A DNA stretch of 64,000 nt from Planctomycetota bacterium (GCA_002683135.1 NYSS01000182.1:14005-78004); one strand, 5' to 3'. Counted from the stretch's first letter, positions 17,609 through 27,439 are shown. Numbers and translations are program-made. Notes: generated from the letters alone by a model not told the origin.

Positions 17609-20104
17609 TTGGCTGTTTCAATTAGAATCCCAGAAACATTGACAAAAAACTTGTTTCCAAACACACCATTTGACGAACTAAATGATGCACAAATAACGCA
17701 TACAAAAAAATGTGCGAAGCAATTGATTGAAAGGGCCATTATTGAAAATAAACTACCTGCATCAGTGAGGTTGGAATCAGAAAATGATTTTGTTGGTCAC
17801 CTAACCATTAACATATTGAACAAATACAATAGAGCAATCATTAAGCACGCGAGACAAAATAAAACACCCGAAGCCGTTATCGCACTTGGTTATCTTGTCT
17901 GCGCACTAAATCATGACTGGCATCTTTCACTTATTGAAAATGAAGAAACACGTTTGTCAGATTATTTAAATGCGATGAACTATGAAGTACGCGACGAACA
18001 ACAGCGTTTCTATCGTTTCTTAGATGACACCATCACAAAACAGAAGGTCGGCTTGATTGAAGCAAGCACAGGGGTGGGAAAAAGTCTTGCTATTCTTAGC
18101 CAGGCTAATGAGCGTGCACTTAACGAAAATAAAGTATGCGTGATCTCAACAAACAGCCTTGCCAATATTCAACAATATATTGCTGACTACCGGAACCTCA
18201 CCGCAAAAGACGTGGAGATGTCACCGCTTTATCTCATAATCGGTAGGCAAAATTTTGTTTCTTCGGAACGACTTTTCGCGTGGATCGATTCATGCGAATT
18301 ACCTATTAATAGAGATCGCATCGATGCATGGTTAAATAGGGGAGGGCGTAACGAAAACGAACCTGACTATCTTCCTGCCATGTCATTAGCTTCACTCAAA
18401 GAATGTGAACCAATGGTTATAGATTCAGAAGTAACCCTGAATAGCAATGTCAGTGACAACGATAAAGGATATTTAGCATATCAGGCACAATTTACGCTGT
18501 CACATGATACTCAGCATGCCATATTGCTTGTCACTCATACTATGCTATGCATTGATACAAAGTTTAGGCGTTTACATCAAGATCTAGAGCTTGATGTTAT
18601 CGATGAAATAAAATCGTTACGCGCTGAAGTAGACCGCCGTTTTAAACGCTATGACGAGCTAGAATTAGGTGATAAAAAAGATAAAGCATATGAAGCCTAC
18701 TCAAATGCGCGGTTAGCATACAATGAATGCCGAATGGCTGCACTCAGATCATCCACACCGTCTTTATTGCCAAATTACCAATACTTGTTCGTTGATGAAG
18801 GACATTTACTTGAGAATGCGATGTGTAATGTAACGAGCGAAAACATCTCACTTCGCTCAATAATTCGTGATGTAAAACAGTATTCCGGCACCGGAAAAGC
18901 GACTAAATCAAAAATTTCAGAAGCAGAGAACGCAATAACTGAATTAATTGACTCGCAACAAAAAATAAAAACTGAACAATTAGTCTTATCTAATCAAACT
19001 GAACATCATAATTATTTGCTCCATACAATATGCAGTGCACTTATCGGGAATACAAAAAAAGCTAAAATCGATGCCCCGTGGCGAGAACAATTAATTGCAT
19101 TAAAGGCGTCTCTGAATCGAATTGGTAAGCGTAATTTCGCATGTATACTTTCATTTTCGCCAGTACGACACTATCCGCAAATCAATACCGGGGAAACCAA
19201 TACATTAGGTTACCTTAGTGATATATGGGCACGGGCAGAAGCGGTAGCAATCGTTTCTGCAACGTTATACATCAAACGCTATAACACCTATAGCTCCAAC
19301 TATATATCAAACATCCTTGGGATCTCTAGACAACGCCGTATCGAGTACCCTCCAATTGTTGCTAAGTGGACAAAAGACATTGTAAAAACAGTCTACATGC
19401 CACCAGCTGATAAGCAGCTATCTGATGATCTCACACCAGTTGGAAGAAGCTTCAGAGGGAATGAAACGGAAAGGTCAGAAAAGAAAAGCAGGTGGGATAA
19501 CGCCATCGCAGAAAGGATCGTTAATGTCTACACCAACGCGCCGGGTGGCACACTTGTGTTAATGACGGCTTATGCTGATTGCATTGCGGTTTCTGAGATT
19601 ATTAAAAGAAAGTTGACTGATATCCCTTTAGTTGTGGCCAACAACAATACAACATTGAATGATCAGAAAATCCAATACATTGAGCTAACTAAGTCTGGGA
19701 CCAAACCCTTGTGGTTAGCTGTCGGTAACGCATGGGTAGGTTTGGATATAAACGGTAAAAGTATCGGATTAGGGCATGAAGATATATTTGAAAAGGACAA
19801 TGTTATAACTGATCTAGTTATCCCTAAGATCCCTTTTGGCGCCAACAACTCCTTGTCGCACATCCTACGAATGATGAAGCTCGATAACAATACAAGCGAT
19901 ATTGAACTCATGGAAACCATGATGAAGTTTAAGCAGGGACTAGGCAGGTTGGTTCGACTTGAGCAGCAAAGACCTAATCGCCAGATTCACATACTTGACG
20001 GAAGACTAAACCAGCCGCGATATAAAGGTTTCTTGTCTCTCATCAGGGCCCTGATTGATACTTATCCAAACGTTTTGTCTATGGATTACGATGACAATAG
20101 ATAG
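17609..20104 (+). CDS. dinG: type IV-A DinG-family helicase (Csf4)
   Basis: 831 aa; Walker A EASTGVGKS; DEAH-like FVDEGH; motif VI QGLGRLVR. TTG start with AGGA RBS. Divergent from the csf operon. Confidence 0.8.
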   Translation: MAVSIRIPETLTKNLFPNTPFDELNDAQITHTKKCAKQLIERAIIENKLPASVRLESENDFVGHLTINILNKYNRAIIKHARQNKTPEAVIALGYLVCALNHDWHLSLIENEETRLSDYLNAMNYEVRDEQQRFYRFLDDTITKQKVGLIEASTGVGKSLAILSQANERALNENKVCVISTNSLANIQQYIADYRNLTAKDVEMSPLYLIIGRQNFVSSERLFAWIDSCELPINRDRIDAWLNRGGRNENEPDYLPAMSLASLKECEPMVIDSEVTLNSNVSDNDKGYLAYQAQFTLSHDTQHAILLVTHTMLCIDTKFRRLHQDLELDVIDEIKSLRAEVDRRFKRYDELELGDKKDKAYEAYSNARLAYNECRMAALRSSTPSLLPNYQYLFVDEGHLLENAMCNVTSENISLRSIIRDVKQYSGTGKATKSKISEAENAITELIDSQQKIKTEQLVLSNQTEHHNYLLHTICSALIGNTKKAKIDAPWREQLIALKASLNRIGKRNFACILSFSPVRHYPQINTGETNTLGYLSDIWARAEAVAIVSATLYIKRYNTYSSNYISNILGISRQRRIEYPPIVAKWTKDIVKTVYMPPADKQLSDDLTPVGRSFRGNETERSEKKSRWDNAIAERIVNVYTNAPGGTLVLMTAYADCIAVSEIIKRKLTDIPLVVANNNTTLNDQKIQYIELTKSGTKPLWLAVGNAWVGLDINGKSIGLGHEDIFEKDNVITDLVIPKIPFGANNSLSHILRMMKLDNNTSDIELMETMMKFKQGLGRLVRLEQQRPNRQIHILDGRLNQPRYKGFLSLIRALIDTYPNVLSMDYDDNR

Positions 20105-20139
20105 TGTTTGCATTTACTAGCAACTAAAATAAATACAAC

Positions 20140-20221
20140 TTGCATTGTGTGCGCACATAATATAATATAAACACATAGCAACGACGCACCTCGGTCACCA
20201 TTCAGGGGTAGGATAATAAAA
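20140..20221 (+). promoter_or_regulatory. class-A promoter/operator + PK leader
   Basis: TTGCAT 20140-20145, GTGCGCAC 20149-20156, TAATAT 20163-20168. S2 ACCTC 20188-20192/GGGGT 20205-20209. Confidence 0.8.
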
Positions 20222-22012
20222 ATGTTCTCAATCAAGAAGACAAAACTTCATAAAGCACTGGCACATGCATTAGGCAACCTTGAAGCGCTAACTAAGCGCT
20301 TAAAAGTCATGCAAGAAAGCCCGGACAGCCCACGCAAAAAAATTGTTATTTCTACTAAAGAGCTTTACGTATCATCACTTGGTGAAGGCACTAAAATGGT
20401 GGTAGAAGCACATAGTGACAAGTCTGCGCTCTTTATTCGACCAGCAACATTGTCTGACGGGAAAACACGTGTTGTATCTAAGCGTACCTATAAGAACCGT
20501 GATTACGTCGAGCCTGTTGTTGACATTCGTCACCAGCGCGACATTAATGCCACCATCGGTGATGCTGAATACGTACATGTAACGTTTCAAAAAGACGGAG
20601 CATGGGTTCGACCAGCAACCAAATATCAAGAAATCGCGCTTAAGCATCCATCAGGTGCTCACTTTGATATGACCATGCCAGATGAAGAGGGCCTTTACTC
20701 GCAGATATTAAAGGCGATTAAAATCACAAAGCAATCACACTTTTCATCAATCATCCTAAATACCTCTGATGATTTCTTACATTCAAAGGAATATGTCATT
20801 TTATGTGTGCAATTACGCCGACTCGGTTTCGATATCAAAGAAACAAACAACCTTGTATACGCTAAGCTCCCGCGCTCACCTGAGTTAGATAGTCACGAAT
20901 ATATCGATTTAGCGAGATACAACTACAAAACCAGCTTCCAGAGCATGGCCACACGCTTTAACTTCAATGAGCCGCTATCTACCTTTGCCGCATGTACTGC
21001 TGGCGTTGATATTCATGCCATGGAGAACGAAGGTTTTAAAACCACCAGCATTCTCGAATACCGTCCACCTGAGAAGCGTGATTTTAAAAAATCAGTTGAT
21101 AAAGTATCGGGTGAAACGGTGATCAAACACAACGACAAAACCGATACAGGTGCATTGTGCGCACTGTTAAACAGTAAGCATGCAAAAGTGGTATTCAACG
21201 AAGATATCTATGAGTTTGATTTTTATCGAGTCAGTCATTTATTGCCTGATTTCAATCATTTACATATAAGTGTGCAATGTGATGACTTTACTAATATGAA
21301 ATCTAATTCGTTAAAAGATAATAGCATTGACGATTTAAGTACAACCATTGACATGTTCATCCCAGCCCTTGAATTAGCGGACATGACAAACACGCCGACT
21401 ATGCTGGTGGAGAATGTAGTGAACTTCGGCAAATCAATTGAATGTCGCTTACTCTCCACTGGATTAAAGTGGTTGGGGCATGAAGTAAAAACGCATAATT
21501 ATAATGCTGCTGACTTTAATGGCATGACTAAGCGTGTACGTACTTACCTATTTTCTTCACAATTAGGTTTAGATGACATCAAAGCAACACCAGTAGCTCG
21601 ACGAGCCCATGCATGGAATGATGTTATTGCCCCTCGGTTAAATGAACTGCGCGACGTAACGCACTGCAAAACCATTCAGAAGGGCATTGATACCGGCCGT
21701 ATTCGTGTTATCAACGTGGGTGATGCTATTGTGCCAACTATTGTGAAATCACAATCTAGACAGGTGAAAGACAGCGTGTATGTCTACATGAATGGACGCT
21801 ATTACATGCCATCAAATGACATGCTAAAAGCGCTGATGGGCATTCCTGCTGATTTTAATACCGCGCCATTTAGCGAAGAAATTACGAGCGAAATCACAGG
21901 GCAGAGCATTGAATACCCGATGCATCAAGCTATTTGCGAAAAGGTTAAACAGCACATCTACCGGTTCGTGAAATCGTTTTTTGGCCTAAATATGTTAACC
22001 GTGCAGGCCTGA
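20222..22012 (+). CDS. DNA cytosine-5 methyltransferase-like protein with ~240-aa N-terminal extension
   Basis: C5-MTase motif order is recognisable: I FAACTAGVD, IV SVQCDDFT (QC instead of PC), VI LVENV, VIII KRVRTY, X GQSIEYP. Confidence 0.45.
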   Translation: MFSIKKTKLHKALAHALGNLEALTKRLKVMQESPDSPRKKIVISTKELYVSSLGEGTKMVVEAHSDKSALFIRPATLSDGKTRVVSKRTYKNRDYVEPVVDIRHQRDINATIGDAEYVHVTFQKDGAWVRPATKYQEIALKHPSGAHFDMTMPDEEGLYSQILKAIKITKQSHFSSIILNTSDDFLHSKEYVILCVQLRRLGFDIKETNNLVYAKLPRSPELDSHEYIDLARYNYKTSFQSMATRFNFNEPLSTFAACTAGVDIHAMENEGFKTTSILEYRPPEKRDFKKSVDKVSGETVIKHNDKTDTGALCALLNSKHAKVVFNEDIYEFDFYRVSHLLPDFNHLHISVQCDDFTNMKSNSLKDNSIDDLSTTIDMFIPALELADMTNTPTMLVENVVNFGKSIECRLLSTGLKWLGHEVKTHNYNAADFNGMTKRVRTYLFSSQLGLDDIKATPVARRAHAWNDVIAPRLNELRDVTHCKTIQKGIDTGRIRVINVGDAIVPTIVKSQSRQVKDSVYVYMNGRYYMPSNDMLKALMGIPADFNTAPFSEEITSEITGQSIEYPMHQAICEKVKQHIYRFVKSFFGLNMLTVQA

Positions 22013-22032
22013 TTAAAAACTTAAAATAAAAC

Positions 22033-22115
22033 TTGAATTTCGTGCGCACATAAAATAATATAAGTAAATACCAACGACGCACCTCGGTCATTCATTCAGG
22101 GGTAGGATAATAATC
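22033..22115 (+). promoter_or_regulatory. class-A promoter/operator + PK leader
   Basis: TTGAAT 22033-22038, GTGCGCAC 22042-22049, TAATAT 22056-22061. S2 ACCTC 22081-22085/GGGGT 22099-22103. Confidence 0.8.
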
Positions 22116-22532
22116 ATGCAAAACTTCATCGATTTTCTTAAAGAAGAAATAGACACTTCAACTAAAGCACTTAACAGCTACTACGACCAAGTAGCAAAAT
22201 ACTCTCAAAAAGCGCAAGACGCGCACGCTGACAGAGATAATACGAAAGTGCGCATTAGTGTGGTTAATCACCTTAACAAAGCCGTTGAGAAAGTTGAGTA
22301 CGAAGAAGCATCGCTTCATATCTACACGATGACGCTTAAAAACCTTGAGAAGCACATCGAAGAGGGCACAGAAGACAATTTCGTTGGAACGTTGCTTACG
22401 TCGCTTTCAAGAGAAATAGGCGAGAACAACTTCGGTAACAGCAAGCTATCTCAAAAAGATAAAGCGTATGCGAATGCCAATTTCTATATGTTCAAGAAAA
22501 TCATCCCCTTCGTAGGCTATGCGGGGAACTAA
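22116..22532 (+). CDS. hypothetical protein (138 aa)
   Basis: Track ORF after an A-module; first of a 6-gene same-strand run. Confidence 0.7.
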   Translation: MQNFIDFLKEEIDTSTKALNSYYDQVAKYSQKAQDAHADRDNTKVRISVVNHLNKAVEKVEYEEASLHIYTMTLKNLEKHIEEGTEDNFVGTLLTSLSREIGENNFGNSKLSQKDKAYANANFYMFKKIIPFVGYAGN

Positions 22533-22534
22533 TC

Positions 22535-22903
22535 ATGAGCCAAGCAGATTTCGATACGTTAATGAACAAGCTACATGCACGCCTAGATAAGCGTGTACGT
22601 GAAGAACAAACGCTACATTGGGCAAAGCATCACGCAACGCTATCAAAGGTAGCTAGCATCGTGAACGACGAAACCGATGCTCCACTTACTGACGTTATTA
22701 ACGGCATCAAGACAGCATGGAAAAAAGCGTTCGATGAAATACATGTGCGCCATCCAATGAACGGGTGGGAGGTAACCGCTTCCTTTTGTAAAGAAGCAAA
22801 GTCTTTCATAAGCGCTTATTACACACACTCAACTGAAATGGTGGTTATGTCCAAGCGACTTGAAGCCCTTTTCCAAGCCGAAGTAATCGCGGCTACAGCG
22901 TAG
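22535..22903 (+). CDS. hypothetical protein (122 aa)
   Basis: Track ORF, 2-nt gap to the previous gene. Confidence 0.6.
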   Translation: MSQADFDTLMNKLHARLDKRVREEQTLHWAKHHATLSKVASIVNDETDAPLTDVINGIKTAWKKAFDEIHVRHPMNGWEVTASFCKEAKSFISAYYTHSTEMVVMSKRLEALFQAEVIAATA

Positions 22904-22936
22904 CCACGATTACAAGAATGAATTAGGTCAAAGCAG

Positions 22937-23221
22937 ATGAAAAACTTCGTAATTATGGTAGCCATCAGCACCACAATTCAAGAAAACGATAGAGATGCGG
23001 CTGTCATTGCACTAAGTGACTCTATCAATATTGACGGCAATGCATACCTATATGACGTCGATATCTACGATATAAAAGGACAAGGCGATTTCATTGGCAA
23101 GGTAACCCTTACAAGTACGGATTCTGATATTGAAAGCTTTTCAATCAACAATCTAATTAGCTTTGAACATCACGAAATAATTAACGCAAAAATTGAACAA
23201 ATCGCCCCAGCATATAGCTAA
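22937..23221 (+). CDS. hypothetical protein (94 aa)
   Basis: Track ORF in the operon. Confidence 0.55.
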   Translation: MKNFVIMVAISTTIQENDRDAAVIALSDSINIDGNAYLYDVDIYDIKGQGDFIGKVTLTSTDSDIESFSINNLISFEHHEIINAKIEQIAPAYS

Positions 23222-23249
23222 GTGAATATCATCAACGAGGTTTACTCAA

Positions 23250-23678
23250 ATGAACGAACAACATGTATACACTGTTCACCAGATCAATGAGTGGACCTAC
23301 GAGATGATTAATGAAACCATCCAGTTAGTCACGTGTGATCGCGAACAAGCAATGTCTTACGCGAAAAAGCTGCTTAAGGCACCACGCCCTTCAGTGTGCT
23401 ATGACGTATCAACGGTTGTTGTGCGAGAAACCATCCTTGGCGTTGCGATGGAGCCAGAAGATATCTTCCGTGAGATGAACTACTGGACAGACGACGATGA
23501 AATTCCACCGTTGTTTTCTGACGACGATATTCTTTGTGAAGCTGTCACTTTCGAAGAGGCGAAGCTAGATTGCATGCTGATGGATATTGAATATCGTGCA
23601 AACATGGGAATGCTTTCCGGTGGCTTTGCATCATTTGACTTGTCATCAATGCAGAATTATCTGCATCAAGCCAGCTAA
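23250..23678 (+). CDS. hypothetical protein (142 aa)
   Basis: Track ORF with GAGG RBS. Confidence 0.6.
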   Translation: MNEQHVYTVHQINEWTYEMINETIQLVTCDREQAMSYAKKLLKAPRPSVCYDVSTVVVRETILGVAMEPEDIFREMNYWTDDDEIPPLFSDDDILCEAVTFEEAKLDCMLMDIEYRANMGMLSGGFASFDLSSMQNYLHQAS

Positions 23679-23693
23679 GCGGGTGGACTTTCT

Positions 23694-23984
23694 ATGATCA
23701 ATACAATGATTGCACATAACGATATATTTGTGACGCGTTCTGGAAGACATACTGAACAACACCCTAAGATCTACAAATCAGCTAACCGAATGCTAAAAGC
23801 ACACCGAGAATGGCTGAAAAACGAAGGAATTGCTGAAGCTACCAAGAATAAGGACGATTACAACTTGATCCTTTGCCAAAGTCTAAACCCAAATAATTGG
23901 TCCCAGGCAGATCAGGAATTAACGCTGCTATACGTTTTCGGAGATGTCACAGAGCTAACTAAGGCGAATGTTAATACCAATTAA
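23694..23984 (+). CDS. hypothetical protein (96 aa)
   Basis: Track ORF in the operon. Confidence 0.55.
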   Translation: MINTMIAHNDIFVTRSGRHTEQHPKIYKSANRMLKAHREWLKNEGIAEATKNKDDYNLILCQSLNPNNWSQADQELTLLYVFGDVTELTKANVNTN

Positions 23985-24056
23985 TTTCTAAAAGGAAATT
24001 TGTCTGCATACTTAGCAGATGTGTGAAACTTGTTTTTACCAGTAGAGGTAGATGTA

Positions 24057-24227
24057 ATGAAAATTGATCGCACAGACTATGCACGAAACCTTGGCTATCA
24101 AGGGCAAAAACGCGTCATCGTACAAGATGGTATTGTCATTTCTCACAACAACATGGAATGGCATATTTTCTGCGCCAGCGTGACAGATCACAACAGAGAA
24201 GAAAACAAACTTCCGAAATCGGCGTAA
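24057..24227 (+). CDS. hypothetical protein (56 aa)
   Basis: ATG 24057 with GAGG RBS is preferred over the track TTG at 24030. Confidence 0.4.
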   Translation: MKIDRTDYARNLGYQGQKRVIVQDGIVISHNNMEWHIFCASVTDHNREENKLPKSA

Positions 24228-24302
24228 TGGCATCATACAACGCATATTGGCTGAATAATAAGCTTTGTGTTATGATCACATTATCAACATGAGGAATATT
24301 CA

Positions 24303-24503
24303 ATGCTTGTTATTCAGCAATTACCAACACTAAAAGATATCTTTTGGGATTGGCGTGCAAATACAATCGATGAAAAAGATGCTTTCGAAATCATTGAAAA
24401 GCGCTGGCCTTATATTGCCCAAGAAAACCTTACCGCTGATGAAACAACCCTTATTAATCGACTTAAAGATGAATACGGCTTCGGTGTGCTGATGGTGGCT
24501 TAG
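24303..24503 (+). CDS. small protein upstream of AbiEii-like gene (putative cognate partner)
   Basis: 66 aa; 1-nt gap to the next gene; own extended -10 promoter (TGTTATGAT) upstream. Confidence 0.45.
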   Translation: MLVIQQLPTLKDIFWDWRANTIDEKDAFEIIEKRWPYIAQENLTADETTLINRLKDEYGFGVLMVA

Positions 24504-24504
24504 T

Positions 24505-25212
24505 ATGTCAATACTACATCATCAAGCCATCAAGCACGCACTCTCTCACTTCAATTTAACTTACCTTCAAGAACACAATATCCTTTTTGGTGGAGGTACC
24601 AGAATCGCTCTTGATTTAGACGAATACAGAACGTCTATTGATATTGATTTTCTTTGTCCAAACAAAAAGAGTTATCGAGCTGTACGAACACAAGTCAGTT
24701 CTAATTCTTTGGGCGAACTTGTTGCCAGTCCTTTAACTTTCCTGCGCGAAATAAGGTCTGATAGAGATGCTGTTCGCACTTTCATTAAATCTAATGGCTG
24801 TAATATCAAATTAGAATTCGTATCTTTTGATAATTACAATCTTCAAGCAGAAGTTCAGCCTAAATGGAATGTGCCCATCATAGATGTAAACAGCTGCTTT
24901 ATTACTAAGTTGCTTGCTAATGCGGATCGCTTTCGCGAGCCCGTGAAAAAAGATATCGTCGATCTCATCAAGATGTACGAGGCCTGGGGCGAACCTAATA
25001 ATCTTGTCTGGGATGAAGTTGATTCACACTACGGTAGTGCTGGATATAACAGTCTACGTGATGCACTTAACGCAATTGCAAACGATCCACTTTGTTTAGA
25101 AAAAACCTTTGACGTATGCGAAATAAACCACTCTGAGTCAAATAACATTATTGCACTCGCTACAGAATGGAACGAGCTTATTGAGGGAAGTGAAAACTTT
25201 TTCACTCCTTAA
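24505..25212 (+). CDS. AbiEii/AbiGii-family nucleotidyltransferase (type IV TA toxin-like)
   Basis: FGGGTRIALDLDEYRTSIDIDFLC matches the DUF1814/AbiEii NTase signature. Confidence 0.65.
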   Translation: MSILHHQAIKHALSHFNLTYLQEHNILFGGGTRIALDLDEYRTSIDIDFLCPNKKSYRAVRTQVSSNSLGELVASPLTFLREIRSDRDAVRTFIKSNGCNIKLEFVSFDNYNLQAEVQPKWNVPIIDVNSCFITKLLANADRFREPVKKDIVDLIKMYEAWGEPNNLVWDEVDSHYGSAGYNSLRDALNAIANDPLCLEKTFDVCEINHSESNNIIALATEWNELIEGSENFFTP

Positions 25213-25411
25213 CAATCATTATTTTTTCAGGATAAAAATTAACTGTAATGCAGATCCGAAATAGGAAATACGAACGTGACAGGCATGATATCAATAGAAT
25301 CGAGAGACATTGATAACAGCTATGTATTTAGATGTCGAAAGTGTCATATGCCTGTCAGTGAAACGGTTCCAGCTGCAGCATATGACACACACTAATTCAG
25401 TTTGGCTATCC

Positions 25412-25858
25412 TTACATGACCGGCTGACAAGTATTTTCGTCTTCTAATTCACGATATTTTTCGATACCTTTCTCGGTCCAGCCTGCCTGCGTGTAACTCA
25501 TATAATTCGCATAACCCATTTCATCAGCCCTTGCTACAACAGCTCTTTGCTCGTCAGTAGCTAATCTTTGACAAGAAAAGCCTTCCAACGCGTCTTTCAA
25601 TTCATCGAAGTCACCGAGTGTGAAATCGTCAACGTTTTTTCGCATGATGGTTTTCATAGGCCAATCAGGATTAATTGACTCAAATATTGCATGTTCTTCA
25701 TGATCCAAAATACATTTACAACGAATAACGCCACTTCCGTGTTTCATATACACTTCTAGTCCAACTTTTAGATCTTCTTCAGTAATAGGTGTATTGTCTA
25801 ACTTTGTTGCTTTATGCAGATTAGTGATCATATTTTTAGTCCATATCATAGATTGCAT
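25412..25858 (-). CDS. hypothetical protein
   Basis: The track ORF extends to 25930 through the plus-strand A promoter. It is shortened to an internal ATG; the exact start is uncertain. Confidence 0.4.
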   Translation of the reverse strand: MQSMIWTKNMITNLHKATKLDNTPITEEDLKVGLEVYMKHGSGVIRCKCILDHEEHAIFESINPDWPMKTIMRKNVDDFTLGDFDELKDALEGFSCQRLATDEQRAVVARADEMGYANYMSYTQAGWTEKGIEKYRELEDENTCQPVM

Positions 25859-25895
25859 AAAGAATAACCCATATGCATATATTTGCAAATTTCCA

Positions 25896-25971
25896 TTGAA
25901 ATGTGTGCGCACATATACTAAAGTAAACACATCAACGACGCACCTCGGTCATTCAGGGGTAGGAAGAAAAC
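25896..25971 (+). promoter_or_regulatory. class-A promoter/operator + PK leader
   Basis: TTGAAA 25896-25901, GTGCGCAC 25905-25912, TAAAGT 25919-25924. S2 ACCTC 25942-25946/GGGGT 25956-25960. Confidence 0.75.
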
Positions 25972-26283
25972 ATGTCACAACATTTTATCTCAAATAAGAA
26001 TAATCATTTCTTTGCATCGCTCAGTCCTATTGATGAATCAAAGCTGGTGGACTGCAAAACATTTGATTCACTTGATTCACTTCTCGCTCATGTAGCGACA
26101 GTAGCAACAATTGATGAATTCACTGCAGACGACATCAGGGGGAGCGAAATTCTTATCAAAGAGGAAGAGGGCAGATGGTTCTGCTCAACCCACTACGGTG
26201 CATTTATTCCTATCGAAGATATGGAGGATGAAGATGACGAACCCGAAGATATTTACCAATGGTTAAGCGAATTTGAATGTTAA
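25972..26283 (+). CDS. acidic hypothetical protein (103 aa)
   Basis: Track ORF after an A-module; EDMEDEDDEPED tail. Confidence 0.7.
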   Translation: MSQHFISNKNNHFFASLSPIDESKLVDCKTFDSLDSLLAHVATVATIDEFTADDIRGSEILIKEEEGRWFCSTHYGAFIPIEDMEDEDDEPEDIYQWLSEFEC

Positions 26284-26293
26284 GGAGACGACA

Positions 26294-26605
26294 ATGACTG
26301 ATGTTCAGCAAAATCCCCAAGCTAAAAAAGCGATTGTAAACGACACAGAAACGACTTTTGTTGGTTGGTACATCCTATCTAATGGGTGGGAAGTGTATCT
26401 AACGTCAAACTTTGACGAAGACGGTTATGCGAACGCTTACGTTCAAGGCTTCGAGTCTGAATTTGGCAGCGTTTCATTTGAAGAGCATAAGCCTTATATC
26501 CGTGCTATGTGCGTCGATGCAGAATTTGCCAAAGATGTAGAGCTTGGCAATTTAGCCCCACCAATTGGCGGTAAGTGGATTGAAGATAACACCACTTTTC
26601 ATTAA
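26294..26605 (+). CDS. hypothetical protein (103 aa; weak resemblance to DUF2958-type plasmid proteins)
   Basis: ATG 26294 with AAGGAG RBS; GWYILSNGWEVY...GYANAYVQGFESEFGSVSFEE. Confidence 0.5.
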   Translation: MTDVQQNPQAKKAIVNDTETTFVGWYILSNGWEVYLTSNFDEDGYANAYVQGFESEFGSVSFEEHKPYIRAMCVDAEFAKDVELGNLAPPIGGKWIEDNTTFH

Positions 26606-26653
26606 TTAACATTGAGAGGGAGGCCATGCCTTCCTCTTAAAGGAATTTCCATT

Positions 26654-27016
26654 ATGAAAGAACACGAAATCAAAAAAGCAATGCGCAAGAAACTGCAGAT
26701 TCAGTTCAATGAAAACGATGAGAAATGGATTAACTCTGTAGTACCAGAATTAAACGGCTATCTCGTTTTTGCTGAAGATCGTTTCGGTCTTGTAGATGAT
26801 GAAATAGATAACGTTGTGTTGCTTCCCACTTTTATCACCGACGGTTGCAGCTTCTCAAATTATGAGAAAGCGTTAGCTAATGTATACCAAAAAGGTTTAG
26901 ATAAAGGTATGAAAGAAAAGCAAATTGAAATTTCAAAAGTGCTTGGTCTTGTTACCGAACATAAGCATGAGCACCTTAAATCAGAAGTGATTAAATTACA
27001 GGAAAAGTGGGATTAA
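26654..27016 (+). CDS. hypothetical protein (120 aa)
   Basis: ATG 26654 is preferred over the track TTG at 26612; a hairpin at 26615-26639 precedes it. Confidence 0.5.
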   Translation: MKEHEIKKAMRKKLQIQFNENDEKWINSVVPELNGYLVFAEDRFGLVDDEIDNVVLLPTFITDGCSFSNYEKALANVYQKGLDKGMKEKQIEISKVLGLVTEHKHEHLKSEVIKLQEKWD

Positions 27017-27124
27017 GTATAAAAAACGTAGTAGATATTACAGGTAACATCATAAAAGCTATCCAAGCACGCGAGTTTGGTGATGTAAGGAGTATGCTAG
27101 ATGAATACGACGCAATGTTGACCT

Positions 27125-27415
27125 ATGCCGCAGAATAGAAAAAACCGTTTCGAGGTTTTCACGACTAAACATACGAAGAAAGAGCTTGACGATTTTCAAT
27201 TAGAATTTGGTTTTAATCAACGTGATGCGATTTCAACACTTATTTTGTCGATAACTGAAGTCGATCTAATGCCAAAACCTGCTTCAGCAAAAACGTTGAT
27301 TGATTCACAGTTGACGGATGAGGCCCAGGCACACTTAGAAAATCTTCAGTTAGCATTCGGCAGTAAAGCAAGCAAAAGGAAGATACTTGAACTTGCATTA
27401 AGCAAAATAGAGTAG
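27125..27415 (+). CDS. small possible ribbon-helix-helix DNA-binding protein
   Basis: 96 aa; N-terminal RFEVFTTKHTKKELDDFQLEFGFNQRDAIS resembles a CopG/RHH layout. Weak call. Confidence 0.4.
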   Translation: MPQNRKNRFEVFTTKHTKKELDDFQLEFGFNQRDAISTLILSITEVDLMPKPASAKTLIDSQLTDEAQAHLENLQLAFGSKASKRKILELALSKIE

Positions 27416-27439
27416 TGCATAAATAATATAGTTTATGCA
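27416..27439. promoter_or_regulatory. inverted repeat TGCATAAA-N8-TTTATGCA
   Basis: Perfect 8-bp arms immediately after the stop of 27125..27415 and upstream of the 27500 gene. Confidence 0.35.
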
